Origin: Takakia lepidozioides
Lineage: Eukaryota; Plantae; Bryophyta
Reading direction: 5' to 3'
Assembly: GCA_030704615.1 (NCBI GenBank)
Contig: CM060732.1
Coordinates: 53,630,001 to 53,694,000, forward strand
DNA: 64,000 bases
Positions 37,841 through 52,054 of the stretch are shown here, one piece after another. The translations under genes and the position numbers were made by a program. The notes below the pieces were generated by a model. The model did no database searches. It was not told the DNA's origin and worked only from the letters and a program-made list of their open reading frames with translations. The stretch's first letter is position 1. Each line of letters starts with the position of its first letter.

Positions 37841-39262
37841 AAACCAACAATTATCATAGCTGAACAAAACGACGTGAGGCGCTAACGCTTGAGCATCTTA
37901 TCCTAACATGTGTCATGTTTTGACGTGCATCATGTCACCTCAAAAATTGACTTTACATTATGTAATTTAATTTTTTATTTTTATTTTTACATTACATAGT
38001 TAATCTTGATAATATATAAGCCGTCTCGTCAGCTCTGGCGGTTCTGAGTTTTTTATTTTGTATTTTTGAGTAAAAACGGGTTCGTTAAAGCTACCCAAAC
38101 TTCATTATTTATTTATTTTTCATGAAATTGGGATTGCCATACTAGTTGAGAGTCCATATATATATATATGTGTGTGTATATTATATATGTGTGTGTGTGT
38201 GTAGAGCTGGCAATCCCACATTTAAATAATTTTGAAATATAACGAGATTGTCAGCACTAGCAGTTTCAATTTAAATTACATATTTTTTAAATATAAAGGG
38301 ACGTCAACAATGGCGGTCCTAATTTAATCTAAATATTTTTTAAGTTAGATGAGACCAGCAGCATTAGCTTTTAATTTAACATTAATATTATTAAAATATA
38401 TGGGACCGTCAAGCATTGATGGTCCCAATTTTATTCAAGTATTTTCTAAAACATATAGGGCCAGGTCCCAAATTTATTAAAATAAATTTAAATAATATAT
38501 ATTGGACTTAATTAGTTTTAAATAGACTTCTAAAATATATGTATATTGTTTATTTAATTGACGTGACACTATTTTGGTTGTTTGCCATGTGACTATTTTT
38601 CGTATTTTGTAGCCGTGTGGCATCTGTTGACTATTATTGTTAGAGGGATGACGCTTACATCCACAGCATTGATATCATGAAACAAAACCTAGAAATACCC
38701 TAGAAATACCCTGGCATACCGCCACTAACAAACTCCTCTACAACTTATATTTTTGGGTCATCAGAGAAACAAACGCAAGATGGAAACTGATGTGTTTGAT
38801 TGAGCCCGCAATACCCGCAAGGAAGAGACTCTTATTTATGCTAACTCCGGTTAGCAATCTCTCATATGGATGCGTATGTTATACATTTAAATAATTTTCC
38901 TCTTAGATACATTTTTTCTTTTTATGGAACCCCATAATAAATTAAAATGCAATGAAACAATAAACTTGCGGGAGCCGTAAAGGGCAACAAAGACAGCGTC
39001 CCGTGACCAATCTACAGCTAAAAGGTTGATAAAGAAAGCAAGATGGGGATACATATTAATTTCCAAAAAACTCTAATATGTAATATAAAGAATAAATTAT
39101 TACATCAAATCATTCAGAGGGCCCAACCATACAGGCCAAGGAGGGACAAACTGTAACCAAGAAGAAATTTTAATTCATAAAGATATTAGACTTCAATCTA
39201 AAATAATGAAATTTATCTCTTATTGAGTGGCCAGGCAGGCCTAGTAAGTGTGTCACACTTGT

Positions 39263-39287
<25 letters not shown>
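39263..39287. repeat. (TA)n microsatellite
   Basis: Uninterrupted TA run. Confidence 0.9.
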
Positions 39288-39293
<6 letters not shown>

Positions 39294-39459
39294 GATGCCA
39301 GCTTCATATATATGAAGCTAGCGTACTCTTCCCCTTGTGGGTACTGGTTCCCCTTTCCAGGTGGGGTCTATTGCAACAAGAACCACTTACTAAGTGGCAA
39401 GCTAGCCACTTTCACGATAATGGCTCTTAGTGAAGTGTCACCCTTGTTGATTATTGTAT

Positions 39460-40034
39460 GCCTCTCATTGTTTAATAATAGGGTCATGAATGCACGGGCG
39501 GGGCCCGCCAGTACGACCCTTGGGGTGAGCTCATAAGCCCACCGCCCATTCACCAGGTTGGCCAGATTCTGAAATTTTTCCAAGTCCTTGTTAATTTACC
39601 GTGGCGGGCAGACCCTCCAACAGAACGACTCCAATCTTCTAGCGGCACCTCTCTAGCAGCAGACTGGGCAGACCCCCCTCTAGCAGACCGGCTTGGACCC
39701 TCCAGCAGACCTTTTGACAAAATATATATTTAATAACACACATACATTACTGCCACAATACAACGTAAGGAGATTTATGTACATCATTCATTGCTCTTAA
39801 CCACCACACTATCCATCACTTTTTGCAATAACTAATGCTTTATGTGCATATTGTGGGCCCATCAGACTAGCTCTTGTGTTTTGTGGGCCCCAATAGACCA
39901 GCTTGCGGGGAAGACCCAACAAGCAAGGAGACTGGCGGGGTCCGGGTAGGGGCGCTCCCATCCTCCGCGACACCCCCTGGGGGGGAGAGCCACACGCGGG
40001 CCCCGCCGCAACCACACGCGTGGAAATGAGAAGC
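39460..40034. mobile_element. MULE-type MITE related to the large element
   Basis: Ends GCCTCTCATT / AAATGAGAAGC match the large MULE termini. 9-bp TSD TTATTGTAT (39451-39459) vs TTATCGTAT (40035-40043). Internal GCAGAC cluster at ~39606-39710. Confidence 0.8.
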
Positions 40035-42870
40035 TTATCGTATAGTGATATGCATAATTTACGCATCTTCGCGAGCATCACCCTTTTATTTTCATTTTTT
40101 TGTATAATGAAATGCGTGAAACCCATTTAAAATATCCCCTCCCTCCGCTTTTTTGTCAATGTTCCTTGTGACTCGGCTTTACCGGGACTTTCAAGGTTAT
40201 TGGCTCTCTCTTATGTGTAAGACTATGGATCATGTTGAAGTCAATGAGGAAATGTGGTTAAGTCAAGGCTCCATTCAGTCTGTTGTGTTGGGTCAGGCCC
40301 TTTACTCTCACCTCAAAACCCACTGATTTTTTGTTTTTCCCTACTACTAGCAATTACTTTACTTTTTATTACCCTCGCTACTATCTAGAGCGTTCACCCA
40401 TCAATCTTGGGCGAAAGAAATTATGAGCTTTGTTCTGGGTGGCTTCGCCCTCTATGATTTATCCATTCGAAAGGCACTCACCATTCCTAATTCTCCACTT
40501 TTCGTTCCTTCTGCGTACGTACGCCCACTTCTACCAAAGCAGAACTAGGGGGGACTTCTTTAACGATCCCCCTTATGGTTATGCCTCCGATTCATCCTAA
40601 GCGAGTGGGGGTGCTTATCCAGGTAAGCGAAGCACGATAGGGAAATGTGGCAGAATTTGAGTGTATTTCCCTTCTTTTAATGCAATTTCAGGGCTTCCTC
40701 CCATATTTCCAAGAAAAAAAAGACTGCACATTCCTGTGAGATTTGGCCACTTCCATCATTTTTTATTTTTTTATTTTTTGGATCTATTGGCTACGAGTGG
40801 AACCTCATTCCTCTGCCTTATGGCTCTTTGTAAGGTTAGTTTTTCCTTACCTTTCAATAAAATTTATCAGGGCTACAATCCCCCTATTCATTTTTTTTTA
40901 AAAGCAAAACTAGGGGGTGGGATCCCCTCTTCACGAGTTATTTTTTCCAGTCCCCTTTAATCTATGATTTCCAGGACCACTGTCCCCTGTTTTTATTAAA
41001 TAATTAAAAAATGAAAAACAAAAATTAGGTGTGGTCTTTACTGCTGGCGAATTTTCGCCAAAATGCTCTTTTCTTTTCTTGGGCACACACCTCACTAAAG
41101 AAAATGAAGGTATTTTCTTCCAAATTTCCCGCCAAAACTGGAGAGATTGGACGGAGAGGTCGTCGCCAGAAAACCCGTATGGATGTCAACCTGGACCTGT
41201 TAAAACCTGGCAGCTGTCATATAGCCACATTTCTAGAGGTGCCGGCTCATTTTGTTCTCGCCACTTGCGGCGCTGCGTAGAACACTCTATCCACACTGAC
41301 TCATCAATGGTTCCTCTGCCCAACGTCACTCCCACCAACTCATAATTCATATCCTCTTGACCCACCCCTCTATCCACTCTGACTTGTCAACGTAATGTAC
41401 TCACCCCAGGATCTTTCTCACGTGCCGCCTTCTCATTGATCATTTATCATGTGTCCTCGGCGACGTGATAGGTAGCCTACGTCGGACCCGCGCAGCAGGT
41501 CATTACTCCCGCAGGTCCCCCGCTGGTCCCGCGTCCCTCTGTCGGCCGTAGGGGACGGCCACTGACATGAGGATCTCGCAGACGTGGCACGTTCGTGTTG
41601 GCTACGACGAGGGTGCAGTGTCCTGTATACCTAATGTGTCCTTCAGGTAGGACCCGCTGAGCAGGTGGTGCGCAGTAGGTAGCACGTATTGTTGGAGGGC
41701 CTCACCTCATCACGTACACTACACTGTACCCATCCTCGCGCATGTCACCCCTGCATCATTCATTATCTTCCACTACATTTTCAACATCACTATGTACACC
41801 GAGCAAAGATGCTCCCTCGCAGCCTTTTTTGTCCACTGCAAGATTCCACATTTGAAAGCCTCCTCTTACCTTGTTGATAAGGACCTACAGATCAGATCAG
41901 ATCTGATCAGTGTTACGGACTGTAGATGCTTTCGTGTCCGGTAATAACACAAACAAAATTGCAGGTATGTATCATTGGCTCCCATGGAAGGGGATGGAAG
42001 CTTCTTTTGATATGTGAGACATGTTGGGGGCAGGTCACATACTTATTGCTTATCCACTTCCCCAGGTGTGTGTAGATGCCATTTGATTCGGGCAGTGACT
42101 CAGTTTCTCCAACTCAGGGAGGAGGTGGAAAGATTGGACTCATGAGTTTGGATTTGGGGAGTCATGTTTCTTCCCTGTGAAGAAGGGGTAAGAAGTTATG
42201 GTGGATGGAAGGCAAGCCATCAGAGAGAAGATATAGAGGCCCACTGCTAGGTTTCCACTGACATGCTTCAAACAAAACACATAGACAGATGACAATCACA
42301 TGATATACGCTTTTCCATCAGAAGTGGAATTAGTCATCAAAGACTTGCAGAAAGGAAACACAAACTGGTCTTGTGCTGCAACAATCTCTTCAATCTCTTC
42401 CTGAACTACTTCAGCTCACAAAGCATGCCTCCTCTTTGGAACATCACATAGGCAGTCCTTCCAAGACTGCAAATGAGTATGTACACGTTCCATGAAAGGA
42501 TGTCTGTATCTAAAAACCTATGGTGCACGGGTTAAGAAGTACCCTGTGACATAACTATCTACATGTGTTAGACTCTTGACCCGTTTCAGGTTCAGGCCCC
42601 TTCACCAGGAGGTGCTGCTGGCATGACTAATATCCACAATGGAGATATCAGCAAGGTTTGACATATCCCTGTGCCTGGCTGCTCAAATCCTCAGACCAAA
42701 GAATGTAGAAGACTTGGTTTTGCCATATGTCTGGGACATAATCCGACTGATTCTTTCCAGGGTTTTCTCCTGAGCACTTTGCGTAATACAGGGTCACTAA
42801 TGTGGGCAGCAGCATTGAAGCTTGAGCATCCATCTAACAACTCGACTTGCCAAAGCAGTGGTTGCTATTA

Positions 42871-44058
42871 CTATACAAATATGGCAAAACCATGCACCCA
42901 TGAACCTATGCTCCTAAAAAGCTCTGGATTTCCTGCCACGTGCTCCACAGAGGCCTTACCACAACTGGTCGGTCCACCATATGCATCTCTGTGTAGTCTT
43001 CTCAGTGCCCTCTCCTTATCAACATCATTTCGCACCCCAACGATTCCTCCAAGCATTTCATTGGGCTGCACTTGAAGACCATCTCTCTTCTTTTCCAAGT
43101 CCTCCCTTCTCACACATGTGTCTGGCAGATCCCCCAACTCTTCCACAACGCTTGATGGGATGGCAGACTGGCTTTCTGGTATTTCTTGGGCTGATTCAAT
43201 ACTATCTTTGCTTGTGTCTGTGCCAGCCCCAAGAACTATTTCTCCATCACCTTCGGAAACTATCCCATCACTCTCCCCAGTCTCATGAATAGACTCCACA
43301 ACTCCACAAGAAACAGGACGCTTGGGTACAATCACATTCAGCACCTCATTCTCATAGCTCGCCACTGACCCTTCTGGAAGGGTTGACGGGGGCAACCGAA
43401 AGCGCCACAGATCCACCTGTTCACACCGATTCGGGGAATTAGCGTAATTCGGTACAATATCACTGAAACTTTCAACCATATCAGCACACGAAACTGAGCT
43501 AATCATATTGATCCACCACAAGCACCTATGTCGTAACATGGTTTGTGAATACCGCGGTGAGGAGGTTCACTGGTTCGCTGGTCCCAAAACCATCACAATT
43601 AGTCCTTAATGCAATCGCGCATGAACCGCTCCAGCAACATAGTCTGTCTCTTTCACTCTCCCTCTCCAGACAAAGGGACCCTTTTACAAAGGAGAAACGA
43701 GACAAAAAGAGAAACTGCTCACCTCTAAGGCTTCCAGCTCGCCTCCCCCGATCACAACCTTAGTCGCACCGGGGACAATCTCCATAACCTCTGCCCTCAC
43801 TTCCTCGGCCACCAGTCCTGGATGCCGAACTTTAAACATGAAGCAATCTCTCATCTCTTGCACTTCAACAGCCGTGTCTGCATGAAAGGGGAGCTCCAAA
43901 ACCCTAGCAAAAAGATGCGGCATGCGCTTCAGCTTTTTCAAGCAGCTTGCTGTGCTTGGGGCGTCAACCCTAACATCTTTCCACGGAGAACTCGTGCGCC
44001 TCTTCAAAGCAAACGGCGAAGATTCCAGAGCTGCCATTGAGTGCAGATCTGACATCAT
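42871..44058 (-). CDS. HSP20-like (alpha-crystallin-related) protein, 2 coding exons, ~293 aa
   Basis: Exon 44058-43723 (KKLKRMPHLFARVLELPFHADTAVEV..EIVPGATKVVI), GT-AG intron, exon 43416-42871 (VDLWRFRLPPSTLPE..LNVIVPK); matches a plant HSP20-like family signature recalled from memory. Confidence 0.85.
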
Positions 44059-45432
44059 TGCCGGATATAAGGCTTTTGATTTCTTGCTTCAATTACAGTG
44101 GTATTAGCAGAAACACACTCCCACAAGTTGTGATACTATCCAAACAGAAAGCATAGTCAAACTGTCGCATCTGTAGTGTGAAATAGGATTAGGAGTTTGA
44201 AGTGGCACAAGATGCAACTGAGATGACCAGAAGAAAGACAGCAAGAGAGTACCACAATATGCCAGGCTTGACAGAACACTGCTGACTTCAAGACACGACT
44301 TGGACACAGAAAGGCAGAGGCATGGAGCGGACCGGAACGCGAAAATCGAAGATAGAGAGAGGGGCAATAAGAGAAAATACGTCCTCGAGAGTAACAGGAC
44401 CCTTCACCAGGTATATGTAGACAGAAAGAAAGAAGCAAAGGATATAGCTAGACTGACAGAATGATCTCGAGTAAATTACTCGTCAACAGCAAGGTGTTAT
44501 AGAAACGGAGAGGCCAGCGGAAATTGCAAGGACCAAATAGTTGGGAGACCGAGAGAAAACAAGAGCCGAAAAGACAGACACATAACCAACACCAGAACGA
44601 AACAAACAAAGATCGGCCTGAGATAGACACAGGAAATACTGGTATGTGCTAGTAGCAGGACGTCAATCCTTGCAGACTCCAAAGCAAGTTGCGGAATAAT
44701 ATGACAGATGGATGAACCAAACGACTCCAAGGCTCAAAGCAACACCAAAAGTAATGCAGATCGCAGAACAACAACAAAAGAACACAGCGAGGACGGACAA
44801 TCCCGAGAGAGAGCGAGAGAGAAAGAGAGAGAGAAGATGAAAGGGTGTGGCAAAGGACAAACATAAAGGCCTGCCGGGCAGCCCTGCCTGCCCAGCTCTC
44901 GGCGCCCGGGTCTTTGGCCGGTCGCCCCCCCTCCCGCCCCCCCGAAGACGGAAACTGTCGGCTATGGACGGCGATGGATGTAAGCCTGGAGTATTTTAAT
45001 ACAGAAAGCTCAAAATAGAGAGGAGGAGCAAACTTATTAACCCCCTTCCATATAAGCCACGAAGCAACCACGAAACCGTACAACACGGGACGCGGTAGCA
45101 TGATTTGAGCCCCAGACCACTATGGTGATAAATAGTGTACCAGTGTTTTGTTTTTTCGTTTTTCCAAAATCGCCACACGTAAACTCTACCCAGCGACCAT
45201 GTTGCGAGAACAACGAGGCGGCAGGGCAGGTGGCACGTTTTAATACGTCCACGTAGGAAAAATCAGGCTCTTGACTGGCGCTTTCTGGTGAATTTTTCGA
45301 ATTTTACCCCCTGTAATTTGTTTGTAGAAGTAGCTGACCCATTTTCCAGATCAAAATCTGGCAACCCCGCCAAGAAAAGAAAACGCTGTCCAACCGATAA
45401 TGGAAGTTATATGTTTATATATATATATATAT

Positions 45433-46043
45433 GGAAGATAATAGGAATAATGTAAGAACCGACTGCACACGTGCAACGTCTGACAGGATGGTACGCCGGT
45501 TTCCGGCATGTCAAATCTTCCCCACCCTCTCTTGAGAGTGACATGGAACTGAAGGAGTGTAAACTCGAGTCGGGGTTACACTAACTCGAGTCGGGGTTAC
45601 ACGACGAGGTGTGTAACTCCACTGGGGGTTACACAGAATAGAGTGTAACTCCTCTTGGTGTAACTCACACTTGGTCTCGAAATTTGACTAAGTCCAAATT
45701 TGGTTAAGTATAAAATGGACTAACCAGAGTTACATGAGAAACTGGGGTTACAGAGGGTTATACCAATTGGATGTTTACACTACCGGGGTTATGTTACACC
45801 GACAAAGGCTACAAGCGCTTCCCATCAAGAATCAAACCCTGAATCGAGCCGCCTGCAACACTATCACCTTACCATCATGCTACCCACCGCAGCAAACCAC
45901 TTGGATTCTTAAGTATTTAAATAAATAGTGAAACCGAGGTAAGAGGGGGTGGGGAGGATTTGACAGGGGGGCCCGGGCAGGAATCCGGTAAACGTACCGT
46001 CAGATCAGTCCATTAAGTTCTTACATTATTCCTATTGTCTTCC
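45433..46043. mobile_element. MITE (probably Mutator-type) inserted in a (TA)n microsatellite
   Basis: 27-bp TIR GGAAGATAATAGGAATAATGTAAGAAC with 1 mismatch, further subterminal symmetry, TATATATA on both flanks, internal GTGTAACTC/GGGTTACAC repeats. Confidence 0.85.
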
Positions 46044-49000
46044 TATATATACACACTCTTGTAATGTTTTATGGGAACTTTCGGCACCGGAGAGTTCCGT
46101 CCGGTTATGTATGGAATGTGCAAGTGAAAGTCGACAAGATGTGTCACCACAACACCCTCATTCCGACATTGCACCGCCAATACGACCATAATCCGTTAAG
46201 GACCCATCTGCCCATCTGACTTACGGGACTAACGACCCATTCAATTCAATGGGTGGTTGGCTTCCACTTTCGGTTAAAAAGGTTTTAAAGGAACATTTGG
46301 GTCATCCTTAAGGTGTACAGGTGGATGGATGAATGTGTAGTGCACTGATTGGCGGATATTGATTGTCCAGTCAAGCAAGCAACCCAAGAAAGTCGGGGGG
46401 TTGGCCAAAGTTAGCAAGGAGTGCCCAGATTTAGCGGCTGCTAAAAAGGATGCACTGAAGTTGTCCAATTGTCAGAGCACTTCGTGGGAGCCCTAAATTG
46501 GGGCTACCACTAATAGCAAGATATAGATAGCGATGGGAAATTAGGTAGCTTCAGACTTTTTCGCTTCTTGGGCGTTGGACGAAGTCTCATGGATGAAGGG
46601 CCAATCCTCCATTATCTTCAAATTTGTTTATGGCACCACATCCATCCATAAACCTGTGTGATTTCTAGCTGACAAACATATAGATACATATATGACGCCA
46701 ACCGGAGTTAGCGTAAATAAGAGCCTCTTTCTTTGCGGGTGCTGGCTTCTTTCTGAACTCTATTATGGGATATATGGTATATTATAAGTGAGTGGACCAC
46801 ACAAATGTGACGACGACACGGAATGGGGCTGGACCATGTCCGTGCCATCATACCCCCCCAAGCTTACAAAACAATAAATAGATTGCGAGTTCTGAAAGGC
46901 TTCTGGGTGGGACCATTTTTGTTTGCATCACTGCCGTACTACTAGAAATACCAACCTAAAGAAAATATGTTTCAATGGGAGTTTGTTTAACCGATAGGTA
47001 AGGTATCGAGCGACCGTTGTGGTCGCTGGTTAACTTTTAACCACTGGGAACATGCTATCTGTGGGTGAATATATACCCGAGTCGTTAGAAAAATAAAATC
47101 GACCAAAGGCCAAAGGACATCTAGGAGTTTGTTTGAAGGGGGTAAGTTGCATGGGCCCACATGGCTACTAGATACGGGCCCATTTGCAGACCATGTCCAT
47201 ACTCTATTTGAACGGGGTGGTAAGTTGCATGGCCCCCTAGGCTACTCGATGCGGGCCCATATGCAGGCTGTGCCCATTGTTCTAGATGGAGCGTAGGAAC
47301 TGCTTGCGTAGGAGACAAAGACTAACACGAGGAGGGAGGTAGCGGTAGGGGCTGGTGGGAATGGTGGTTGGAACGTATTGAAAATATGTTTCAATGTCGA
47401 GGAGGCTCCTGCGTAAGGGATATTGCAACCTAAGTTCTCTACTTCATAATTGTATTGCTCCCATAATAGAGTTATCCGTTAAGTAGAAGGTATGGAGGGT
47501 GAGTTAGGAGGGAGGGTGACTTAACGGATAACTTTAGTGACATTTCAATATGCTATTTATTCTTTGTGTCCCTGGTGACATGGGTTGGGCACAAACAGGA
47601 GGGTTAAGGGTCTAAAACTATGTTATACAGGGGGTTTTATGCGGAGTGGCGAGTTATATGTCAACATACATTTTCATTATGTTGCAAGAGGTGTATGTGA
47701 CTATGATTTTTCTGCCCAAAATTACATTTGCAAGGGAGTTTGTTATATTCCATTATGACGCCGTATGAGTCTACACCGATTTTATAAAGGATTCAAGGCG
47801 AAATACGTATGGCATATGTACCCCAAGAGGACCCCAAGTCACTCAAAAAATAAAATCAACCAAAAGGGATATGACATCTATCAAGCTCCCTAAGTAGGCT
47901 GGCTATTTGCATGTTGCCCTACTTGGCTATTGGGTGCCTTGTGAAAACTGTTGCCAAAGATGATCTAGAATAGAGGGAGGGAGAGAGGGAGGTTGTTCTA
48001 GAGGTGCAACCAAGCTATAGCCAAAGAGGAGGGCAAGAGGGACTCCGGGGTAGACTTCATGCAAGAGCAGGGCCGTGGAAGCAACAAGGGTGGACAAGAT
48101 GCACCACAGTTAACAAAGTGTTGCACCGCAAGGGGTTTGGTGTCAAGGCAACAACAAAGATGCTGATGACCATATATTTTCAGGTGTTGCTTGTCTTTCA
48201 ATGGCCATGAAGTTCATGGTTGGGTTGAATTATTTTTGGGAGTGTACCATGGGGGAAGGGTTGCTTGAAGTTCGGGTGGGGAGATTTGGATTCGATAATC
48301 TCAAGAGGTCTTCATAATTTTTGCAGCATCATGATATCCCTAGTTATCATACAAGGATTTTATGACAAGTGACAAATTATATGTCAACCTGTATTACTAT
48401 TATGTGACACTACTTGTATTCAACGTTGAATTTTTTGACTCGAAGTCACATCTCGGACACATTTGACTGTATTCTATTATGATGCCATATGGCTCTTCAC
48501 CAATTTTATACAAATTCGAGTGAATAAGAGGTGAACGGAGCATTCGGAAGTTGTGGGTGAAGTTTGAATTAGAAGAAAAATTATCAGAATAACATTCTTA
48601 CAGCAGCCTAATGTCAGATCTGCAAATTAATACCAATGGATGATAGTTGAGTTGGAAAGTGCATTGAGTGCCACCCAGGTGATTATGGGCTCAAATCCTG
48701 CTACCTTGTTGGGTATGGTATAATCCAGTGTTGGATTGGTATCAGAAAAATATTATACCAGTGGTCCTGGTATTACAAGGGTCCACATTCCCCAATATTG
48801 GTATGTACCTGGTATTGGGGTAAGGGGGCCGGGTAGGGTATAATAGGAGATATCACATGTAAATGGCTGTTTTCTTAAAAAACTTTGGCAACATAGGAGA
48901 TACACGTAGGAGTGAATGACATATCCACCACTTGCAAGGGATTTCGTGCTTGAGGCCTTGACAAGGAGGAACCCGCTTTCAGCTCACAGTCCAGCTTCTT

Positions 49001-49799
49001 ACTCTGCTGCATCATGTCGCATCACCGAAAGCAGATACGCTCTATAAATGTACACGACTATGGTTTGGTATAAATCTTTTTTAATTATGTCCAACTACAA
49101 TTTGTTAAAAGAAAGTTACCGATTGCTCTCAAAGGTGGCCACCATTCAATTATGGTTTATCATTCATCACTCATTCAGTATATTGTGCATTTGACAATTA
49201 GACACACTGCTAGCAATGCATGTAGAGACTATGCATGTCGAGACCAACTTTCTCCAACAAGCAGTTTGCCAAAGGGAATTGGGATTGAGAGTGGAGACAA
49301 GCATAACACAGCGAGAGTAGAGAGAACAGGGCAAGAGTAGAGAGAACGTAAGACGGCGAGAGTGGAACATAACATAACGAGAGTGGAGACAACGCTGATT
49401 TACTATGGTACACCATAACATCTTTCCTCCTGCTCTTGGGTTTATGACTCTCTAGTAAGGTTGAGTTTCCTACCAGGAAAGGGCGGATATGAGAGGCACA
49501 CCTCCTGTTTGACATTAAAGCTCTTGCGTGGTTTCCATCGTGAGCATCATGCTCGACATAACTATTCGAAGATCTAGCAAGAGCGTGGTTCTATGCCCCA
49601 CATCTAGCCAGCAGATGGAACACATTTTTTGCCCCAAATTGTGTGCAATTACTGTTCAAAGGGAGAGACCAATAATTTTTTGCAACTTCTGCACAGCACC
49701 CAATCCAGCGTATATGCCACTTCTTCATTTGAGAGAAGCTCAGATCTGCCTCATGTATTCTAGGATAGAGCTGCAATGTGCTATGCAGGATTCACTGGG

Positions 49800-51730
49800 A
49801 GAGATGACTCCAGACCAGTGGTTCAGATGATCAACCACTGAACATGTCTGGCCTTCACTACACTAACACTGAATAGGTGTGTGCCATTGGTTTTGGGGTT
49901 CTGGTGTATTATGTGCAGACTAATAAGAAGGTTAGCGACGCAAAGCTTGCAAATGACATCCAAGCAGTGTTGGTTGAGTTTCAGAGTGCTCAAATTTTTT
50001 TCAAGAACACGAAAACGTCCATACTCCTTTTGTGTCTCGAGCAGTTCTGCCCTCCGGGTAAAGCACACCTTCTCCACCCAATGTGTAAGCTCTTTGTACC
50101 TCCTTTGAAAGTCTTAGGACTGTGTTGTATGTTTCTGTTCTGATTACTTAGGCACTTAGGCTTTGTGTGAAGGAAACATATCGCAGCAATCTCCGACTTT
50201 TTTAACTGAGATATACATAAAGAATCTGTGGCACGTTGGCATGTTACAATAGAAAGTAATGCAGTGCACATAGGGGTCATTTACCTTGGCTAGTTCGCTC
50301 TCATGATATTGGCAACAAAGGACTGATCATTGTCTTCCTGGTTGAATGTTACAAGTAATTGCAGCAGTCATTTGGTTTCTGTGGTATAGTGTCGGCTATC
50401 ATCAGTAACATGCAGGTGAGGTCTAACGCATATGGTTTATGATTTGTTGCAGTTTTCCCTCAAGTGACAAGTCCCCATATCGTGCACAATTTTCAATGTT
50501 ATCGAATTGTATCATTTCAGGTTGATATTTAGGGGTAGGATATTTGTTTTTAACTTGTCAAGAAGAAGGTAATCAGGATTTCAGTTCCCACCAACGTAAT
50601 GTAGAACAAAAATGTTGCACATAGATTTGACATGTTTGTGGTGGAAACATGAAATACGTACAAGCCAGTCTAGATACGACTTTAGGTCGGGTGAACTTGG
50701 ACCAGCTGCCAGCCTAGATGAGCTAGTTGTCTTCAATCCCAAGGCAGTTCTTCTTTGTTTTGTGGTGGTGTATAGAGTGTAACTCACGAGCCATTCCCTT
50801 CAATCGTAGGATTTGTTGTTCTTAATACTAGAGAATAAGCTCCTTTTTTGTGCAGTTTCTAATGCACGTTTCCAAGATTGAGCTCATTCCTAGCCTGCCA
50901 TTCTTTCTCTTCCAGATTTATCATTATGGACAAAAGCCCAGAGTGGACACTTGTATTATATTTACTATAGAAAATGGCCGATTGGTTATTTACGTGGTGT
51001 TATGTATTCCTATGGTCTCAATAAATGGCAGTCTTATCAAGCTTCATATATTCATAGTTTTGGCTGTGTATTTGTTGCTGGGAAAATGACGGCATCGAGA
51101 TGGCATCATCAATATATGTCCCTGTTCCCTGACGTCATATATAGTGTGTTTTACTTAATGCATATTTACGACTCTATACATTATCTTGAAGTACAGTTAG
51201 TTCATCGAGAGGAACAAGGTCAGTCGGTTGTTTAGTCCTTAAAATTTCATACGCCATCGATTGAGCTCATGACATAGAGCATCCACCACAAGCTTAATGC
51301 AAGGATCAAGGTTGTGCATAGGATATATAGCGTTTTGAGCATTGTGTGGTCTTATGTCCCTGAATCTGTGCCCTGTCTACACACATAATCAATAGTCAGT
51401 GTTTGGTCCACTAAAATCAGCAGGGGGGGATCTAGGACGCCGCTCCCGAAGCTCTATTCTCTCTTCCGTAAGTCCTCCTTTTGATCATTGAGTCTTGATC
51501 ACTTTTGTGTTGTGCCTCCTTCTTTGATGTTGACATGCTTTGGCATTTTTCGGGCCTCCCAAAGGTATATGGAGGATTTTGATGCACCCTATGACAAACC
51601 CTGAATTGACCAGAGTAGTAAGCACTATTTTGGCTTGTTGTTTGTTGCATAATGTTATAATTAATAGAAGAGACCTGACAGTGGATGATGACATTGCATT
51701 AGTAGGGCATTATGACGAGGGCTACTAGTA
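49800..51730 (+). pseudogene. Decayed PIF/Harbinger DDE nuclease
   Basis: C-terminal FGPPKGIWRIL..TILACCLLHNVII motif at 51540-51670; weaker N-terminal remnants (DQWFR, VCAIG). Confidence 0.65.
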
Positions 51731-52054
51731 GCAAATGAATCAAATACCAACATGAGCAAAAGCCTATGAGATGTAGATGGCAGTAGCAAAACATTTATAT
51801 ATATTGGATGACATTTTTATAATTTATAAAGAAATGAGGTCAGCTAGACTTTTTAATCTTGAGGTTCTCTACAATCATAGTAATCATTGGCTCTCTATGG
51901 GTTGTTGAGGTTCCATGTTCCCGCGTACTTTCTTGGTTATTTTGTAATTGCACTTATTTTCTCATGAAAGTATGACAAAAGTACAAATGAAACAGTTGGA
52001 AATAACACGATTTAAGTGTTACACATGCACATGAGAAACTTCACTGTCACATGT

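Noticed and set aside
41885-42170. Short palindrome GATCAGATCTGATC and an imperfect hairpin at ~42098-42163 as miRNA precursors
   Set aside because: Pairing too short or interrupted; no recognisable miRNA.
48640-48710. A-box/B-box-like tRNA or SINE remnant
   Set aside because: Too degenerate to support.
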